In this document: piece by piece, positions 11,372 through 22,541 of the stretch | Layout: each line of letters starts with the position of its first letter | Numbering within the stretch: the stretch's first letter is position 1 | Assembly: GCA_000992085.1 (NCBI GenBank) | Contig: LBTN01000013.1 | Location: 1-39,438, forward strand | Direction: 5' to 3' | DNA: 39,438 nt | Origin: Candidatus Magasanikbacteria bacterium GW2011_GWA2_37_8 | Lineage (GTDB): Bacteria; Patescibacteriota; Patescibacteriia; Magasanikbacterales; GWA2-37-8 | Position numbers and translations under genes: made by a program | Notes under the pieces: model-generated | The model's database searches: none | What the model saw: only the letters and a program-made list of their open reading frames with translations | Told to the model about the DNA's origin: nothing

Positions 11372-12355
11372 ATGGCTTTAAATATATATCATAAGATTAG
11401 CAAACCAGAAGGCGAGCCAATGATTAATCATTTATCTGCCGAAGCGGAAAAGAAATCAGGAAATAATAAAATTAAGCCAGTTAATTTTGTTAATTATGTT
11501 GATCCTTCTGGAGATTTTACTAGTAAAGAATTAAAGTGGGGGATATGGTATGTAAAAAATAAGGTTTTGTTGTATCGAATTGCAGTTGGTACGTTAATTG
11601 GTTTGATTACTATTTTTTGGGGTTTTAGTTTGTGGCAGTGGGGTGATTATTTAATTTTTGGAATTACGGCTGATCAAAAATTATATCAAAATCTTAGTCA
11701 AACTTATGATTATACTTCTATTCACGCTCACTATTCTCCTAAACCTTTTGCTGTCTCTAATCCAGAGTTATTACCAGGCGGGGTAGGAAAAACCGATGTG
11801 TTGGTTTGGATTGAAAATCCTAATCCTCGTCATGTGGTATACTTTGATTATTATTTTATTTCTGGCGAAGAATCTACCCATTTGCGTCGGGGCGTGGTAT
11901 TAGCAGGAGAAAACAAACCCTTTGTTGCTTTTGGGTTATCAGATAGTGTTGCTAGCGGCGCTAGTATTGTTATTGAAAATATTGCTTGGAAGAGAATTTC
12001 TAATCATACTATTTTAGATGTGCCTACGTGGCAATCGGAGCGATTAGATTTTGTTGCCAGCGATTTCGTTTTTACTCGTCCCTTGACCAAAGAAGAGGCT
12101 AGTGCTAATGTGGTACAGTTTAAATTAACAAATAACAACCCATTTGGTTATGTGGCGGCCAAATTTGTAGTAGAATTATTGCAAAATGGAAATTTAGTGG
12201 GGGTTTTACCTCTTGAATTAGACAATTTTAGATCTTTAGAAACTCGCGATATTGATTTGCGTAGTTTTGTACCTAATTTAAGTGTTACAGATCTTAAAAT
12301 TTATCCACTATTGGATATCTATGATCCGACAGTTTTCCTGCCGCCCGAGAAGTAA
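11372..12355 (+). CDS. Hypothetical single-pass membrane protein
   Basis: 327-aa ORF with a TM near residues 66-90 and a beta-rich remainder; TGCTATAAT upstream; 5 nt from rodA. Confidence 0.8.
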   Translation: MALNIYHKISKPEGEPMINHLSAEAEKKSGNNKIKPVNFVNYVDPSGDFTSKELKWGIWYVKNKVLLYRIAVGTLIGLITIFWGFSLWQWGDYLIFGITADQKLYQNLSQTYDYTSIHAHYSPKPFAVSNPELLPGGVGKTDVLVWIENPNPRHVVYFDYYFISGEESTHLRRGVVLAGENKPFVAFGLSDSVASGASIVIENIAWKRISNHTILDVPTWQSERLDFVASDFVFTRPLTKEEASANVVQFKLTNNNPFGYVAAKFVVELLQNGNLVGVLPLELDNFRSLETRDIDLRSFVPNLSVTDLKIYPLLDIYDPTVFLPPEK

Positions 12356-12360
12356 ATTGT

Positions 12361-13455
12361 ATGTTTAATTTTTCTAAGTTTTCGACACGAAGTTTTGATT
12401 GGCTGTTGTTGGTGGTAGTTATACTTTTAATGTCGATTGGTTTGGCAGCTGTTTATAGTATAGATTTATCACGTGGTCTTACTTTAGTATATTTTAAAAA
12501 ACAAGCGATTGCTGGTGGTATCGGTTTGGTACTGCTTTTTTTAGCTAGCACTTTTCAATACAATTTTTATCGTTCTTACGCAAAATTATTCTATTTGGCA
12601 TCAGTAATTTTATTAATTGGGGTGTTGGTTTTTGGTTCTACTATTCGTGGTACTCGCGGTTGGTTTGCTTTTGCAGGTTTCTCGTTTCAACCAGTTGAAG
12701 TAGCCAAGGTAGCCATTATATTAATTTTGGCTTATATAATCTCTAGTTTTGGGCGACGGTTTGAGCGCCCATTGTTTTTTTTCGGTACGGGGATGGTTGC
12801 GTTATTAATGATAGGCTTAATTATGTTGCAGCCAGATCTGGGTTCGGCTATGATTATTGGTCTTATTTGGTTTGCACTAATGTTATTGGTTAAGGCGCGA
12901 CGTGCTTATATTATTGGTTTGATTGTAGTGGTTGCGGTAGTGTCGGTTTTGGGCTGGTTTTTCTTTTTAAAAGATTATCAAAAATCGCGGGTTATGACGT
13001 TTATCGACCCAGCTAGCGACCCGTTAGGCGCTGGTTATAATGTTACCCAGGCAGTTATTGCTATCGGTGCTGGTCAGTGGTTTGGTCGGGGCTTGGGCTT
13101 TGGTTCACAAAGTCAGTTGCGATTTTTACCAGAAGCGCAAACCGACTTTGTGTTTTCGGTAATTGGCGAAGAATTAGGTTTTGCCGGAGCTCTAGTAACT
13201 CTATTTTTATTTGGTATATTATTTTGGCGGTTACTGCGTATTATTCGACAAACCGATGATGACTTTGTTTCTGCCGCAGTAAGTGGTATGCTGGTTTTGT
13301 TTGTTGGGCAATTATTTGTTAATGTTGGCGCAAATTTAGGATTGTTACCAATTACTGGTATTACTTTGCCATTTGTAAGTTACGGTGGATCGTCGCTTAT
13401 GATTAATTTGCTGTTAATTGGAGTAGCGGAGAGTATGGTGGTGAGAAGATATTAG
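12361..13455 (+). CDS. rodA: Rod shape-determining protein RodA (SEDS family)
   Basis: FQPVEVAK, QPDLGS, FLPEAQTDFVFSVIGEELGF, PITGITLPFVSYGGSS. Confidence 0.92.
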   Translation: MFNFSKFSTRSFDWLLLVVVILLMSIGLAAVYSIDLSRGLTLVYFKKQAIAGGIGLVLLFLASTFQYNFYRSYAKLFYLASVILLIGVLVFGSTIRGTRGWFAFAGFSFQPVEVAKVAIILILAYIISSFGRRFERPLFFFGTGMVALLMIGLIMLQPDLGSAMIIGLIWFALMLLVKARRAYIIGLIVVVAVVSVLGWFFFLKDYQKSRVMTFIDPASDPLGAGYNVTQAVIAIGAGQWFGRGLGFGSQSQLRFLPEAQTDFVFSVIGEELGFAGALVTLFLFGILFWRLLRIIRQTDDDFVSAAVSGMLVLFVGQLFVNVGANLGLLPITGITLPFVSYGGSSLMINLLLIGVAESMVVRRY

Positions 13456-14313
13456 ATTTTAATTATGAAATTTAAACTTTATTCTCCTTATAAACCCGCT
13501 GGCTCTCAACCCGAAGCTATAAAACAGCTTGTTTTTGGTTTGGAGAGTGGAATGAATAAACAAACTTTGCTTGGTGTTACTGGCTCGGGAAAAACTTTTA
13601 CTATTGCTAATGTTATCGAAAAAGTGCAAATACCTACTTTGGTAATTGCCCATAACAAAACTTTGGCTGCCCAACTTTGTAACGAGTTTAGAGAATTTTT
13701 TCCGGGTAATGCCGTGGAATATTTTGTTTCTTATTACGATTATTATCAACCTGAGGCATATATGCCGGGTAGCGATACCTAAACCGAATACGAAAAAATA
13801 GTTTTGCATTTAGAGCAAGGGCAAAAATTAAATCGCACCGAAATGTTGGCGCAATTAATCGAAATGCAATTTGAGCGCACTACCAGTGATTTGCGTCGCG
13901 GTCAGTTTCGCCTGCGCGGACAAGTTTTTGAAGTAATGCCAGTGAACGAGGAAATAATTTATCGTTTAGAAATTTCTGAAAGGATTGATTTGATTGAAAT
14001 GGTAGATGCAGTAACCAGAAAAGTAAAACACGAAACGAGTGATATGTGGTTGTTTCCAGCCAAGCATTATGTAGCTGGTCCAGAAATGCGCGAGCGAGCT
14101 TTTAAGACTATTAAGCAAGAACTAAAAGAACAGCTGACTATCTTTGAGAAAAAGGGAAAAGTTTTGGAATACGAAAGATTAAAACGCCGTGTGAATTATG
14201 ATTTAGAAATGATAAAAAATATTGGCTATTGCAATGGTATTGAAAATTATTCACGTCATTTCGATGGACGCAATGCTGGTGAACCACCATTTAGTTTGTT
14301 GGATTATTTTAAT

Positions 14314-14344
14314 AAAGGAGTAAGGAGTAAGGAAAAAGGAGTAA
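14314..14344 (+). repeat. In-frame heptamer repeat in uvrB
   Basis: AAAGGAG TAAGGAG TAAGGAA AAAGGAG TAA, encoding KGVRSKEKGV. Confidence 0.85.
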
Positions 14345-14643
14345 ATAATAATTTTCTTACTGTTATCGATGAGTCGCACGTTACTGTTCCGCAAATTAAT
14401 GGTATGTATGCTGGTGATAAAGCGCGTAAAGATACTTTGGTAGAACATGGGTTTAGACTACCAAGTGCACGTGATAATCGTCCGCTTAATTATGTTGAGT
14501 TTGAAAAACGTGTTAATCAAACTATTTATGTTTCGGCTACACCAAGTGAGTATGAATTAGGGGAGAGCAAACAAGTGGTGGAACAAATTGTACGCCCAAC
14601 TGGGCTAGTTGATCCAGAAATTATCGTTAGGCCGGTTACTGGA

Positions 14644-14675
14644 AAAGGAATAAAGAATAAAGAAAAAGGAATAAG
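14644..14675 (+). repeat. In-frame heptamer repeat in uvrB
   Basis: AAAGGAA TAAAGAA TAAAGAA AAAGGAA TAAG, encoding KGIKNKEKGIS. Confidence 0.8.
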
Positions 14676-15205
14676 CCAATTATCCCAGATTGAAGATTTA
14701 ATAATTCGTATTGATGAGCGTATAAAAAGTAAAGAACGTGTGCTTGTAACTACTCTTACCAAAAAAATGGCAGAAGATTTGAACGATTATTTATTAAAGA
14801 AAAAGTATAAGGTGAAATATTTACATTCTGATATTCAAACTTTGGAACGTATCGAAACCATCACCGCACTTCGCAAAGGTATAATTGATGTGATAGTAGG
14901 TGTAAACTTGTTGCGTGAAGGTTTGGATATGCCAGAGGTGTCACTCGTGGCGATTTTAGATGCCGATAAAGAAGGATTTTTGCGTAGTGCCACTAGTTTG
15001 ATTCAGACTATTGGCCGCGCTGCTAGGAATGTTAATGGCCAAGTAATTTTGTATGCCGATAATATTACCCAATCAATTGAGAAAGCGATTAGCGAAACCA
15101 ATCGTCGTCGCACAATCCAGTTGGCCTACAACAAAGAACATAACATAACACCCAAAACAATTGAAAAAAGTATTAAAGATATTTTAGGAGAATTAGGGGT
15201 TAGTT

Positions 15206-15236
15206 CAAGGAGTAAGGAAAAAGGAGCAAGGAATAA
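15206..15236 (+). repeat. In-frame heptamer repeat in uvrB
   Basis: CAAGGAG TAAGGAA AAAGGAG CAAGGAA TAA, encoding RSKEKGARNK. Confidence 0.85.
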
Positions 15237-15406
15237 ACGGACAACGTCGGATAAAATTTTAGAACTTGATTTACTTGGAGACAAACGACCGCTTGAAGAA
15301 ATTATTAAAGACAAAGAAAGTCAAATGAAAGAAGCGGCGAAGAATTTAGAATTTGAGTTGGCGGCAATATTGCGTGATGAAATTTACAAATTAAATAAAC
15401 AAACTA

Positions 15407-15431
15407 AAAAAACGGCTTAAGGCCGTTTTTT
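15407..15431. terminator. Hairpin spanning the overlapping stop codons of two convergent genes
   Basis: AAAAAACGGCT-taa-GGCCGTTTTTT. Confidence 0.7.
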
Positions 15432-15890
15432 GTTTTGGGTATTATTTTTTTTGTCAAAAAAATATTTTATTACATATTGTCCGGGGTAGATAATTAAAAC
15501 TCCGCCCATAAGAATCAATACACCTGCTGTTGTGAATAAAAATCGATAATCAGCTACGTAAGCGTCTTTTGGATTTGCAGGGTTATAATAAATTGGAAGT
15601 ACGTCGCCAATTTTGTGCTTAATATTTTCTCGATTATAATCATTAGTAAATTTTATTATTTCTCCACTTGGCAAACCAAATTCAATTTGTAAATAATCCA
15701 TTGCGGCTGCTACTTCAGCGCCATAGTTGTATTCAGTTTTAATATCATAAACTGTACCAGTGGTTTTTTGGTAGGTTTCTTTTATCCAGATATTTTTTTT
15801 AGTTATGTTAACCCCCCAAGCAAAGGTGCTAAATCCAAGAAGTATTAAACAAATATTAGCTATTAAAGTAACTTTAGAAGTAGTAGACAT
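15417..15890 (-). CDS. DUF3592-like membrane protein
   Basis: TM - TTGTV - GDVLPIYYNPANPKDA - TM architecture. Confidence 0.75.
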   Translation of the reverse strand: MSTTSKVTLIANICLILLGFSTFAWGVNITKKNIWIKETYQKTTGTVYDIKTEYNYGAEVAAAMDYLQIEFGLPSGEIIKFTNDYNRENIKHKIGDVLPIYYNPANPKDAYVADYRFLFTTAGVLILMGGVLIIYPGQYVIKYFFDKKNNTQNKKRP

Positions 15891-15957
15891 AAGTTATAGA
15901 TATACAGACCAAAGGTTAACAATATTATATATCTAATATTTTAAGCTGTCTAATTTA

Positions 15958-15985
15958 TTGACAAAACATACCATTTTGGTATAAT
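15958..15985 (+). promoter_or_regulatory. Promoter of uvrA copy 2
   Basis: TTGACA-16 nt-TATAAT with TGG before the -10. Confidence 0.75.
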
Positions 15986-16050
15986 TACTTTGTTCTTTAT
16001 ATTTTAAGATATACCTAATTAACCCCGTGATGGGGCTTTTTGGCATTTTT

Positions 16051-18627
16051 ATGCAAAATAAAATAATTATTCATGGAGCGAGAGAGCACAATCTAAAGAA
16101 TATAGATCTAGAGTTACCGCGTAATAAGATGGTTGTGTTTACAGGGCTTTCTGGCTCGGGAAAATCGAGCCTGGCTTTTGATACTATTTTTGCCGAGGGT
16201 CAACGTCGGTATATCGAATCTTTATCTGCGTATGCCAGACAGTTTTTGGGTGGTATGCAAAAACCAGATGTTGATGAAATAACTGGTTTGTCGCCGGCTA
16301 TTTCTATTGATCAAAAGGCACACAGCGCTAACCCGCGTTCTACTGTTGCTACTATCACCGAGATTTATGATTATTTACGTGTTTTGTATGCGCGTATTGG
16401 TGCCCCGCATTGTCCGATTTGTGGAACAAAAATTGAAAAAATGACAGTAGATGAGATGACAGAACGCGTAGTCCGTAAAGTTGAAAGTTATAAAGTTAAT
16501 AAAGTTAGCGAGTTAATTGTGTTGGCACCAGTAGTACGCGGACGTAAAGGAGAATATTATCAGATGCTTTATGATATGTATAACTCTGGATTTTTGGAAG
16601 TGCGGGTAGATGGTAAAATGAAAAGTTTAAAAGAAAGAATTGTTTTAGGAAAAAATACCAAACATACGATTGAGGTGGTGGTGGATAAGTTCATAGCCAA
16701 TAGTTCACAGCCAATAGTTGTAGAAAAAAGATTAGCCGAAGCAGTAGAAACTGCGGTGGGTTTGTCTAAGGGGCTTTGTACAGTAATTTTTCCAGATAGC
16801 GAAGAGCAGATTTTTTCTACGGAATATTCTTGTCCCAAAGACGGTTTTAGTTTTCCCGAAATCGAACCACGATTGTTTAGTTTTAATAGTCCTTATGGCT
16901 ATTGTGATTATTGTACTGGTCTTGGTACCAAAACTTTGTTTTCTGAAGAAGTTTGCCCAAAATGTAATGGTAAAAGATTAAACGAAACTGCTTTGAGTGT
17001 AAAAATTAATAACAAAAATATTTGGGAAGTGGTAAGTATGCATATTGGCGAAGTGCGGGATTTTTTTGCAGAAACAGAAATGTCTTTGCCGGCGCAAGAA
17101 CAAGAAATCGCTGGAGCAGTGCTTAAAGAAATCGCCAATCGTTTGCAATTTATGTATGATGTAGGTTTGCATTATTTAACCTTAAATCGTACAGCAGGCA
17201 CTTTAAGTGGTGGTGAAGCACAGCGTATTAGGTTGGCTTCGCAAGTGGGTACAAAATTGGTAGGTGCCTTGTATGTGCTAGACGAGCCGACAATTGGTTT
17301 ACATCAAAAAGATAATGATCAATTAGTAAAGACCCTGCGTAATTTATGTGACGTGGGTAATACTATTATTGTGGTCGAACATGATGAAGATACAATTTTA
17401 GTCAGTGATTGGATAGTGGATATTGGGCCCGGCGCTGGAAAACATGGCGGAGAAGTAGTGTATAGCGGCCCAACAAAGTCTGTCGTCCTGAGCGGAACCC
17501 GAAGGGCGGAGTCGAAGGATCCCTTAATTGATTGTAAAACATTTGGCGATCCTGCCAAATCACTTACTGGTAAATATTTACGCGGAGAAGTAAAAATTCC
17601 TTTACCAGAAAAACGTCGTAAAGTTGACAGTTCGACTCCAAAATTAAAAATTAAAGGCGCTACAGAACATAATTTAAAAAACATTAATGTGGAAGTTCCG
17701 TTGCGTCGTTTTGTTTGTTTAACTGGTGTGTCTGGTTCTGGCAAAAGTACTTTAATGCGCGATATTATTCAAAAAACAGTATCTAATAAATTTAATCATT
17801 TAAATAAACCAACGGGGCAATTTAAAGAAATTCTTGGTATAGAATATTTGGATCGAATTATTACTATTGACCAAAGTCCAATTGGTCGTACACCGCGTTC
17901 TAATCCAGCCACCTATACCAAAGCTTATGATTTTATTCGCGAATTATTCGCTTCAACTGCAGAAGCGCGTATGCGCGGTTTTAGTACTAGTCGTTTTAGC
18001 TTTAATGTACCAGGGGGAAGATGTGAAAATTGTGAAGGTAGGGGATTTTTGGAAATTGAAATGCATTTTTTACCTAGCGTGCAAATAGTGTGCGATGTGT
18101 GTAAAGGCAAAAGGTTTAATCAAGAAACTTTGCAGATTGATTTTAAAGGAAAGAATATTGCTGATGTTTTGGAAATGACTATTGAAGACGCTGAAGATTT
18201 TTTTCGTGATATCCCGGTGATTTATGATAAACTAAAAATATTAAACGAGGTAGGTTTAGATTATTTAACTTTGGGCCAATCTGCCACCACTTTGTCTGGT
18301 GGTGAAGCGCAGCGTATCAAACTTTCTCGTGAGTTAGCTAAACATGGCACTACCAAAACTTTGTACTTGTTAGATGAGCCAACCACTGGTTTGCACTATG
18401 AAGACGTGCGTAAATTATTAATTGTGCTTGAGCGTTTGGTAAGCCAAGGGAATACAGTATTGGTAATTGAACATAATTTAGATGTAATAAAATGCGCCGA
18501 TTGGATAATTGATTTGGGGCCAGAAGGAGGGGATAAGGGTGGAGAAGTGATAGCAACTGGGACACCAATAGAGGTGGCGCGAAAAAAAGGAAGTTATACT
18601 GGGGAGTATTTGAAAAAAGTTTTATAA
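16051..18627 (+). CDS. uvrA: Excinuclease ABC subunit A, copy 2 (lacks insertion domain)
   Basis: [24 protein letters not shown], two LSGGEAQR signatures, second Walker [10 protein letters not shown]; start at ATG 16051. Confidence 0.97.
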   Translation: MQNKIIIHGAREHNLKNIDLELPRNKMVVFTGLSGSGKSSLAFDTIFAEGQRRYIESLSAYARQFLGGMQKPDVDEITGLSPAISIDQKAHSANPRSTVATITEIYDYLRVLYARIGAPHCPICGTKIEKMTVDEMTERVVRKVESYKVNKVSELIVLAPVVRGRKGEYYQMLYDMYNSGFLEVRVDGKMKSLKERIVLGKNTKHTIEVVVDKFIANSSQPIVVEKRLAEAVETAVGLSKGLCTVIFPDSEEQIFSTEYSCPKDGFSFPEIEPRLFSFNSPYGYCDYCTGLGTKTLFSEEVCPKCNGKRLNETALSVKINNKNIWEVVSMHIGEVRDFFAETEMSLPAQEQEIAGAVLKEIANRLQFMYDVGLHYLTLNRTAGTLSGGEAQRIRLASQVGTKLVGALYVLDEPTIGLHQKDNDQLVKTLRNLCDVGNTIIVVEHDEDTILVSDWIVDIGPGAGKHGGEVVYSGPTKSVVLSGTRRAESKDPLIDCKTFGDPAKSLTGKYLRGEVKIPLPEKRRKVDSSTPKLKIKGATEHNLKNINVEVPLRRFVCLTGVSGSGKSTLMRDIIQKTVSNKFNHLNKPTGQFKEILGIEYLDRIITIDQSPIGRTPRSNPATYTKAYDFIRELFASTAEARMRGFSTSRFSFNVPGGRCENCEGRGFLEIEMHFLPSVQIVCDVCKGKRFNQETLQIDFKGKNIADVLEMTIEDAEDFFRDIPVIYDKLKILNEVGLDYLTLGQSATTLSGGEAQRIKLSRELAKHGTTKTLYLLDEPTTGLHYEDVRKLLIVLERLVSQGNTVLVIEHNLDVIKCADWIIDLGPEGGDKGGEVIATGTPIEVARKKGSYTGEYLKKVL
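17481..17523 (+). repeat. REP-like motif inserted in frame in uvrA
   Basis: TGTCGTCCTGAGCGGA-ACCCGAAGGGC-GGAGTCGAAGGATCCC; GC-rich; homologous to 35626-35653. Confidence 0.75.
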
Positions 18628-18658
18628 TAAAAAATTCCCCTATAGGGGAATTTTTTAT
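18627..18658. terminator. Bidirectional terminator
   Basis: ATAAAAAATTCCCC-tata-GGGGAATTTTTTAT. Confidence 0.85.
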
Positions 18659-18667
18659 TTATTAATT

Positions 18668-18982
18668 TTATTTTTTGATTATCTTAATTCCTCTTATTCC
18701 AAAAAATATTAGAACCAAAATTAATATTTTTAAGATGTAGTGTCCGCTAAGGTCTAGAAAGTTTTTAGTAAGAGGTGTGATTGTATTTACTAACAAGTGA
18801 GCAATAATACCAATTGGTAAGGTAAGAAAAATCCAATTGATTTTTGGTATTTTGATCCTCATTTTTAAAAAGAGTTTTGTGAGGAGTGGAGAGAGTAGCC
18901 AAATACCTAGAAACGATGCGATAAAATCAAATAATGCATATCCGCCTAATCTAAATTGTCGCAAAAATTCTATTGTAGTCAT
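18668..18982 (-). CDS. Hypothetical small membrane protein
   Basis: 104 aa with about three hydrophobic segments. Confidence 0.75.
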   Translation of the reverse strand: MTTIEFLRQFRLGGYALFDFIASFLGIWLLSPLLTKLFLKMRIKIPKINWIFLTLPIGIIAHLLVNTITPLTKNFLDLSGHYILKILILVLIFFGIRGIKIIKK

Positions 18983-19043
18983 TTTGTTTGTAAAATTACT
19001 TAATTTATTATATTATATCAATTAGCGCTTAAAATAGCAAAGT

Positions 19044-20291
19044 ATGGTAGTTGTTAAAAACAATATTCGTAGTTTTCCAGATAAACCAGGTATTTATCTT
19101 TTTTTTGATTCTCAAAAAGAACTTATTTATGTAGGTAAGGCTACAAGTTTGAAGAATCGGGTAAAGTCGTATTTTGTTAGCACTAAGACATCACGTCCGA
19201 TTGAGCAGATGATACATAAGGTGGTAGATATAAAAACTATCCAAACAGACTCGGTTTTGGAAGCGATTATTCTAGAGGCAAATTATATTAAAAAATTTCA
19301 GCCAAAGTATAATGTTGATTTAAAAGATGATAAGAGTTGGAATTATATTGTAATAACCAATGATAAATTTCCAAGAGTAAATACTATTAGACAACACGAA
19401 TTTAAAAATTTGAAATTAGAAATTAAAAATTTTCAATTTACATTTGGTCCTTATCCTGGTTTAAAAACCAAAGAAATGATGAGTCTGCTTCGTAAGTTAT
19501 TTTATATTTCCACTTGTGAATCAGACAAAGGTAAACCTTGTTTTTACCGTCAATTAGGACAGTGTTTGGGTGTGTGTATCGGAGAAATTAGTCCAAGTGA
19601 ATATAAAAAGAAAGTGATTAAGCCGTTAGTACAATTTTTAAGTGGGAAGAAAAAAAGTTTACTAAAAAATTTAGAGCGTGAAATGAAGTTAGCTTCTAAA
19701 AATCACGAGTTTGAAGAAGCGGGAAGACTGCGAGATCAAATTAGGCAATTAAATAGGATACAAGATGTAGCGCTACTAAATAAGAGTTTTGTGGAAAATG
19801 AAAAATTAGGAAATTCAGAAATTAGGAAGCTCAGAAATTTAAGGATTGAAGGGTATGATATTTCTAATTTAGGAACCACTGGCAAAGTGGGGAGTATGGT
19901 GGTATTTGAAAATAATGAGGCGAATAAATCGCAGTATCGTAAATTTAAGATTAAAACTGTAGTAGGCCAAAGCGATGTCGATTGTCTTGGCGAAGTATTG
20001 ATAAGGCGTTTAAAACATACAGACTGGCCGTTGCCCGAGGTATTTTTAATTGATGGCGGTATGCCTCAAGTTAATCGAACAAAAAAAATACTTAACTCTT
20101 TGAATATTAATATACCCGTAGTCGGAATTGCTAAAGGATCGGAACGAAAGAAAAATGATTTTATAATTAGTAATTATCAAAGTAAGGATTTTGTCTATTG
20201 GGTAAATGAAAACAAAAAATTATTAATTCAAGTGCGCGATGAAGCGCATCGATTCGCAATTAAGTATCAACGAACATTGCGTAAAATTTAA
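19044..20291 (+). CDS. uvrC: Excinuclease ABC subunit C (short form, no C-terminal HhH domain)
   Basis: GIY-YIG (PGIYLF..IYVGKA), UVR domain (FEEAGRLRDQ), RNase H-like IEGYDISN, LIDGG, RDEAHRFA. Confidence 0.95.
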   Translation: MVVVKNNIRSFPDKPGIYLFFDSQKELIYVGKATSLKNRVKSYFVSTKTSRPIEQMIHKVVDIKTIQTDSVLEAIILEANYIKKFQPKYNVDLKDDKSWNYIVITNDKFPRVNTIRQHEFKNLKLEIKNFQFTFGPYPGLKTKEMMSLLRKLFYISTCESDKGKPCFYRQLGQCLGVCIGEISPSEYKKKVIKPLVQFLSGKKKSLLKNLEREMKLASKNHEFEEAGRLRDQIRQLNRIQDVALLNKSFVENEKLGNSEIRKLRNLRIEGYDISNLGTTGKVGSMVVFENNEANKSQYRKFKIKTVVGQSDVDCLGEVLIRRLKHTDWPLPEVFLIDGGMPQVNRTKKILNSLNINIPVVGIAKGSERKKNDFIISNYQSKDFVYWVNENKKLLIQVRDEAHRFAIKYQRTLRKI

Positions 20292-20379
20292 TTTTTGTAA
20301 GGTTGTATTACATAAAAATTGTGTAGTAGTATAATTAAATTATTAATTTATTCCGCTTAGGCGGTTTAACTCAAAATGT

Positions 20380-20637
20380 ATGTTATATTATGGTATGGGT
20401 TTTGGCTTCGGTATGATTGTTTTTGCCGTATGGTCAATTTTTTGGAAGGGCTGGGCAATGTGGATTGCTGCTCGCCAAGGGCAAAAAGTGTGGTTCGGGG
20501 CTTTGCTTGTAGTTAACACTCTTGGCATTTTGGAAATTTTGTATATCTTCATTTTTAGCAAGAGCCAAACCAAAGATGCGGTCGCTCCTATTGTTCAAGC
20601 CGAAGTTAGTAAAAAAGAAACTGAAAAAGTAGAATAA
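20380..20637 (+). CDS. DUF5652-family membrane protein
   Basis: WSIFWKGWAMWIAAR..WF..LLVVNTLGILEILYIF. Confidence 0.8.
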   Translation: MLYYGMGFGFGMIVFAVWSIFWKGWAMWIAARQGQKVWFGALLVVNTLGILEILYIFIFSKSQTKDAVAPIVQAEVSKKETEKVE

Positions 20638-20648
20638 AGAAAGGCAGC

Positions 20649-20677
20649 TTGACATTTTTTGCAAAATCAGCTATTAT
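20649..20677 (+). promoter_or_regulatory. Promoter of rplY
   Basis: TTGACA-17 nt-TATTAT. Confidence 0.7.
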
Positions 20678-20734
20678 ATGGCCTATGAAGAAAAGGATAT
20701 TTTCTTTTGTTATTTATAAATAATCTTATAAATT

Positions 20735-21415
20735 ATGTCATTTACATTAAATGCAGTAAAACGTGTAATTAAAGGAGAAAAAACTCGCGAAGGTGGTGCT
20801 TTACCAGCTGTTGTATATGGTGCTGGTGGTGAAGTTATTTCTTTGGATTTAAATTACACTGAATTTGCTAAACTTTTTAAAGAAGCCGGCGAATCTAGTT
20901 TGATCGATTTAAAAATTGATAATCAAGATGCTGGTAAAATGTTGGTTCAAGAAATTCAATTCGAACCAATTTCTGGCCGTATGTCTCACGTTGATTTACG
21001 TCGTATTGATATGAATAAATCAATTGAAGCAAAGGTAGAGTTACGTTTTGTTGGTGAATCTCCAGCAGTTAAGGCAATGGGCGGTACTTTGGTACATAAT
21101 GTTAATGAAGTAGAAGTAAAATGTTTACCAAGTCAATTAGTTGGCCATATCGATGTTGATTTATCAGGTTTGAAAACTTTTGACGACGTTATTAAAGTTA
21201 AAGATTTGGTATTACCAACTGGAATTGTTATAACTAGCCCTCATGCTGATGATTTGATCGCCAAAGCTACAGCCGCCATGAGCGAAGAAGAGATTAAGGC
21301 CTTAGAAGATTCTGCGAAAACTGCTGATATTTCTAAGATTGAAGTAGTTGGTAAGAAGCCTGAAGAAGGTGAAGCTGGCGCCGAAGGCGAAGAAAAGAAA
21401 GAAGAGAAAAAATAA
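20735..21415 (+). CDS. rplY: 50S ribosomal protein L25 (CTC/TL5 long form)
   Basis: LPAVVYG, HVDL, FVGESPAVKAMGG, acidic tail. Confidence 0.95.
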   Translation: MSFTLNAVKRVIKGEKTREGGALPAVVYGAGGEVISLDLNYTEFAKLFKEAGESSLIDLKIDNQDAGKMLVQEIQFEPISGRMSHVDLRRIDMNKSIEAKVELRFVGESPAVKAMGGTLVHNVNEVEVKCLPSQLVGHIDVDLSGLKTFDDVIKVKDLVLPTGIVITSPHADDLIAKATAAMSEEEIKALEDSAKTADISKIEVVGKKPEEGEAGAEGEEKKEEKK

Positions 21416-21438
21416 TCATCTACAAACTTTTAAAAATT

Positions 21439-21472
21439 GGCCTGTATGCTATAATAGCAGCAGGCCTTTTTG
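21439..21472 (+). terminator. Intrinsic terminator after rplY
   Basis: GGCCTG.TGCTA-taa-TAGCA.CAGGCC followed by a T tract. Confidence 0.7.
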
Positions 21473-21530
21473 TTGATCTTATATTCCTATTGTATCTGTG
21501 ATATAATTTAGTTTCTATCTTATATAAATT

Positions 21531-22541
21531 ATGAAAAAAGCAGTGTTTATTGTGGTTGTTGGCATTTTGACTTTATTGTTAGTCTATTTTTTACTTTATT
21601 TTTTTGGTGGTTCTAATAAATTTTCTCAGATTGTTGTTAAAGATTTTGATAGTAGAGCGTCACAGTATCTTAACAAATTAGATGGAACACCTGTTTTATC
21701 CACCACTACACTTGGTATTGTGGCAGTAATGGTTGATAACCATCCAGATGCTCGGCCGCAATCTGGTATTGCTGCGGCCCGAGTGGTTTATGAAGTCCCG
21801 GTTGAAGGCAACTTTACTCGTTTTTTAGCGATCTATAATACTGAGGATATCGTAGAAAAAGTTGGGCCAGTGCGTAGCGCACGGCCATATTATTTAGATT
21901 GGCTTCGTGAATACGGTGATGCATTGTATTTACATTGTGGCGGCTCTCCAGATGCGCTCAGCTTAATTAAAAAAGACAGTATTTTTGCTGCTAATGAGTT
22001 TTATTGGGGAGATTTTTATTGGCGTGATCAAGTTAGAACTGCTCCACATAATTTGTACACCGATAGTGAATTATGGCAAAAATTATGGAGTAATTACGGC
22101 AAAGATCACGGTAACCAAGATTGGCAGGGTTGGAAATTTGGTGAAATATCCGTTACCGGAACGTTGCCTAGTAAAGGTGTGTCAATTACTTATGCTAGTA
22201 ATTTCCAAGTAACTTGGCAATATAATATTGCGGTGGGGCAATATAGTAGATTAATTAATAACCAACCATTAACTGAGCCTGTATTAGCAGATAATGTAGT
22301 GGTGCAGTATGTAAAAATGCGTTCTTTGGATGAATTGGACAGAAAAGAAATCACCACTATTGGTAGTGGTGATATGCGAATTTGGCGTGATGGGGTTTTG
22401 ATTCGCGGTACTTGGAGCAAAGGCGATGTTACTAGTCGAACCAGATTTTTTGATAATACCAATCAGGAAATAAATTTACACTCTGGGGTTACTTGGATAC
22501 AAATTGTACCCGAGAGTGCAAAGGTAGAAATTAACTCTTAA
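21531..22541 (+). CDS. DUF3048-family membrane-anchored protein
   Basis: AVMVDNHPDARPQSGI, VEGNFTRF, GPVRSARPY, HCGGS, APHNLY. Confidence 0.88.
   Translation: MKKAVFIVVVGILTLLLVYFLLYFFGGSNKFSQIVVKDFDSRASQYLNKLDGTPVLSTTTLGIVAVMVDNHPDARPQSGIAAARVVYEVPVEGNFTRFLAIYNTEDIVEKVGPVRSARPYYLDWLREYGDALYLHCGGSPDALSLIKKDSIFAANEFYWGDFYWRDQVRTAPHNLYTDSELWQKLWSNYGKDHGNQDWQGWKFGEISVTGTLPSKGVSITYASNFQVTWQYNIAVGQYSRLINNQPLTEPVLADNVVVQYVKMRSLDELDRKEITTIGSGDMRIWRDGVLIRGTWSKGDVTSRTRFFDNTNQEINLHSGVTWIQIVPESAKVEINS

Larger units (their letters stand above)
13465..15420 (+). pseudogene. uvrB: Excinuclease ABC subunit B, interrupted by an in-frame deletion that creates TAA at 13780 (probably assembly artefact)
   Basis: [28 protein letters not shown], then stop; same frame resumes EYEK...DESH, VSATP, NLLREGLD, QTIGRAARN, UVR domain. 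Confidence 0.9.

Noticed and set aside
13780-13782. Stop-codon readthrough or recoding in uvrB
   Set aside because: About 40 conserved codons are missing at the junction, and TAA is the normal stop elsewhere in the window.
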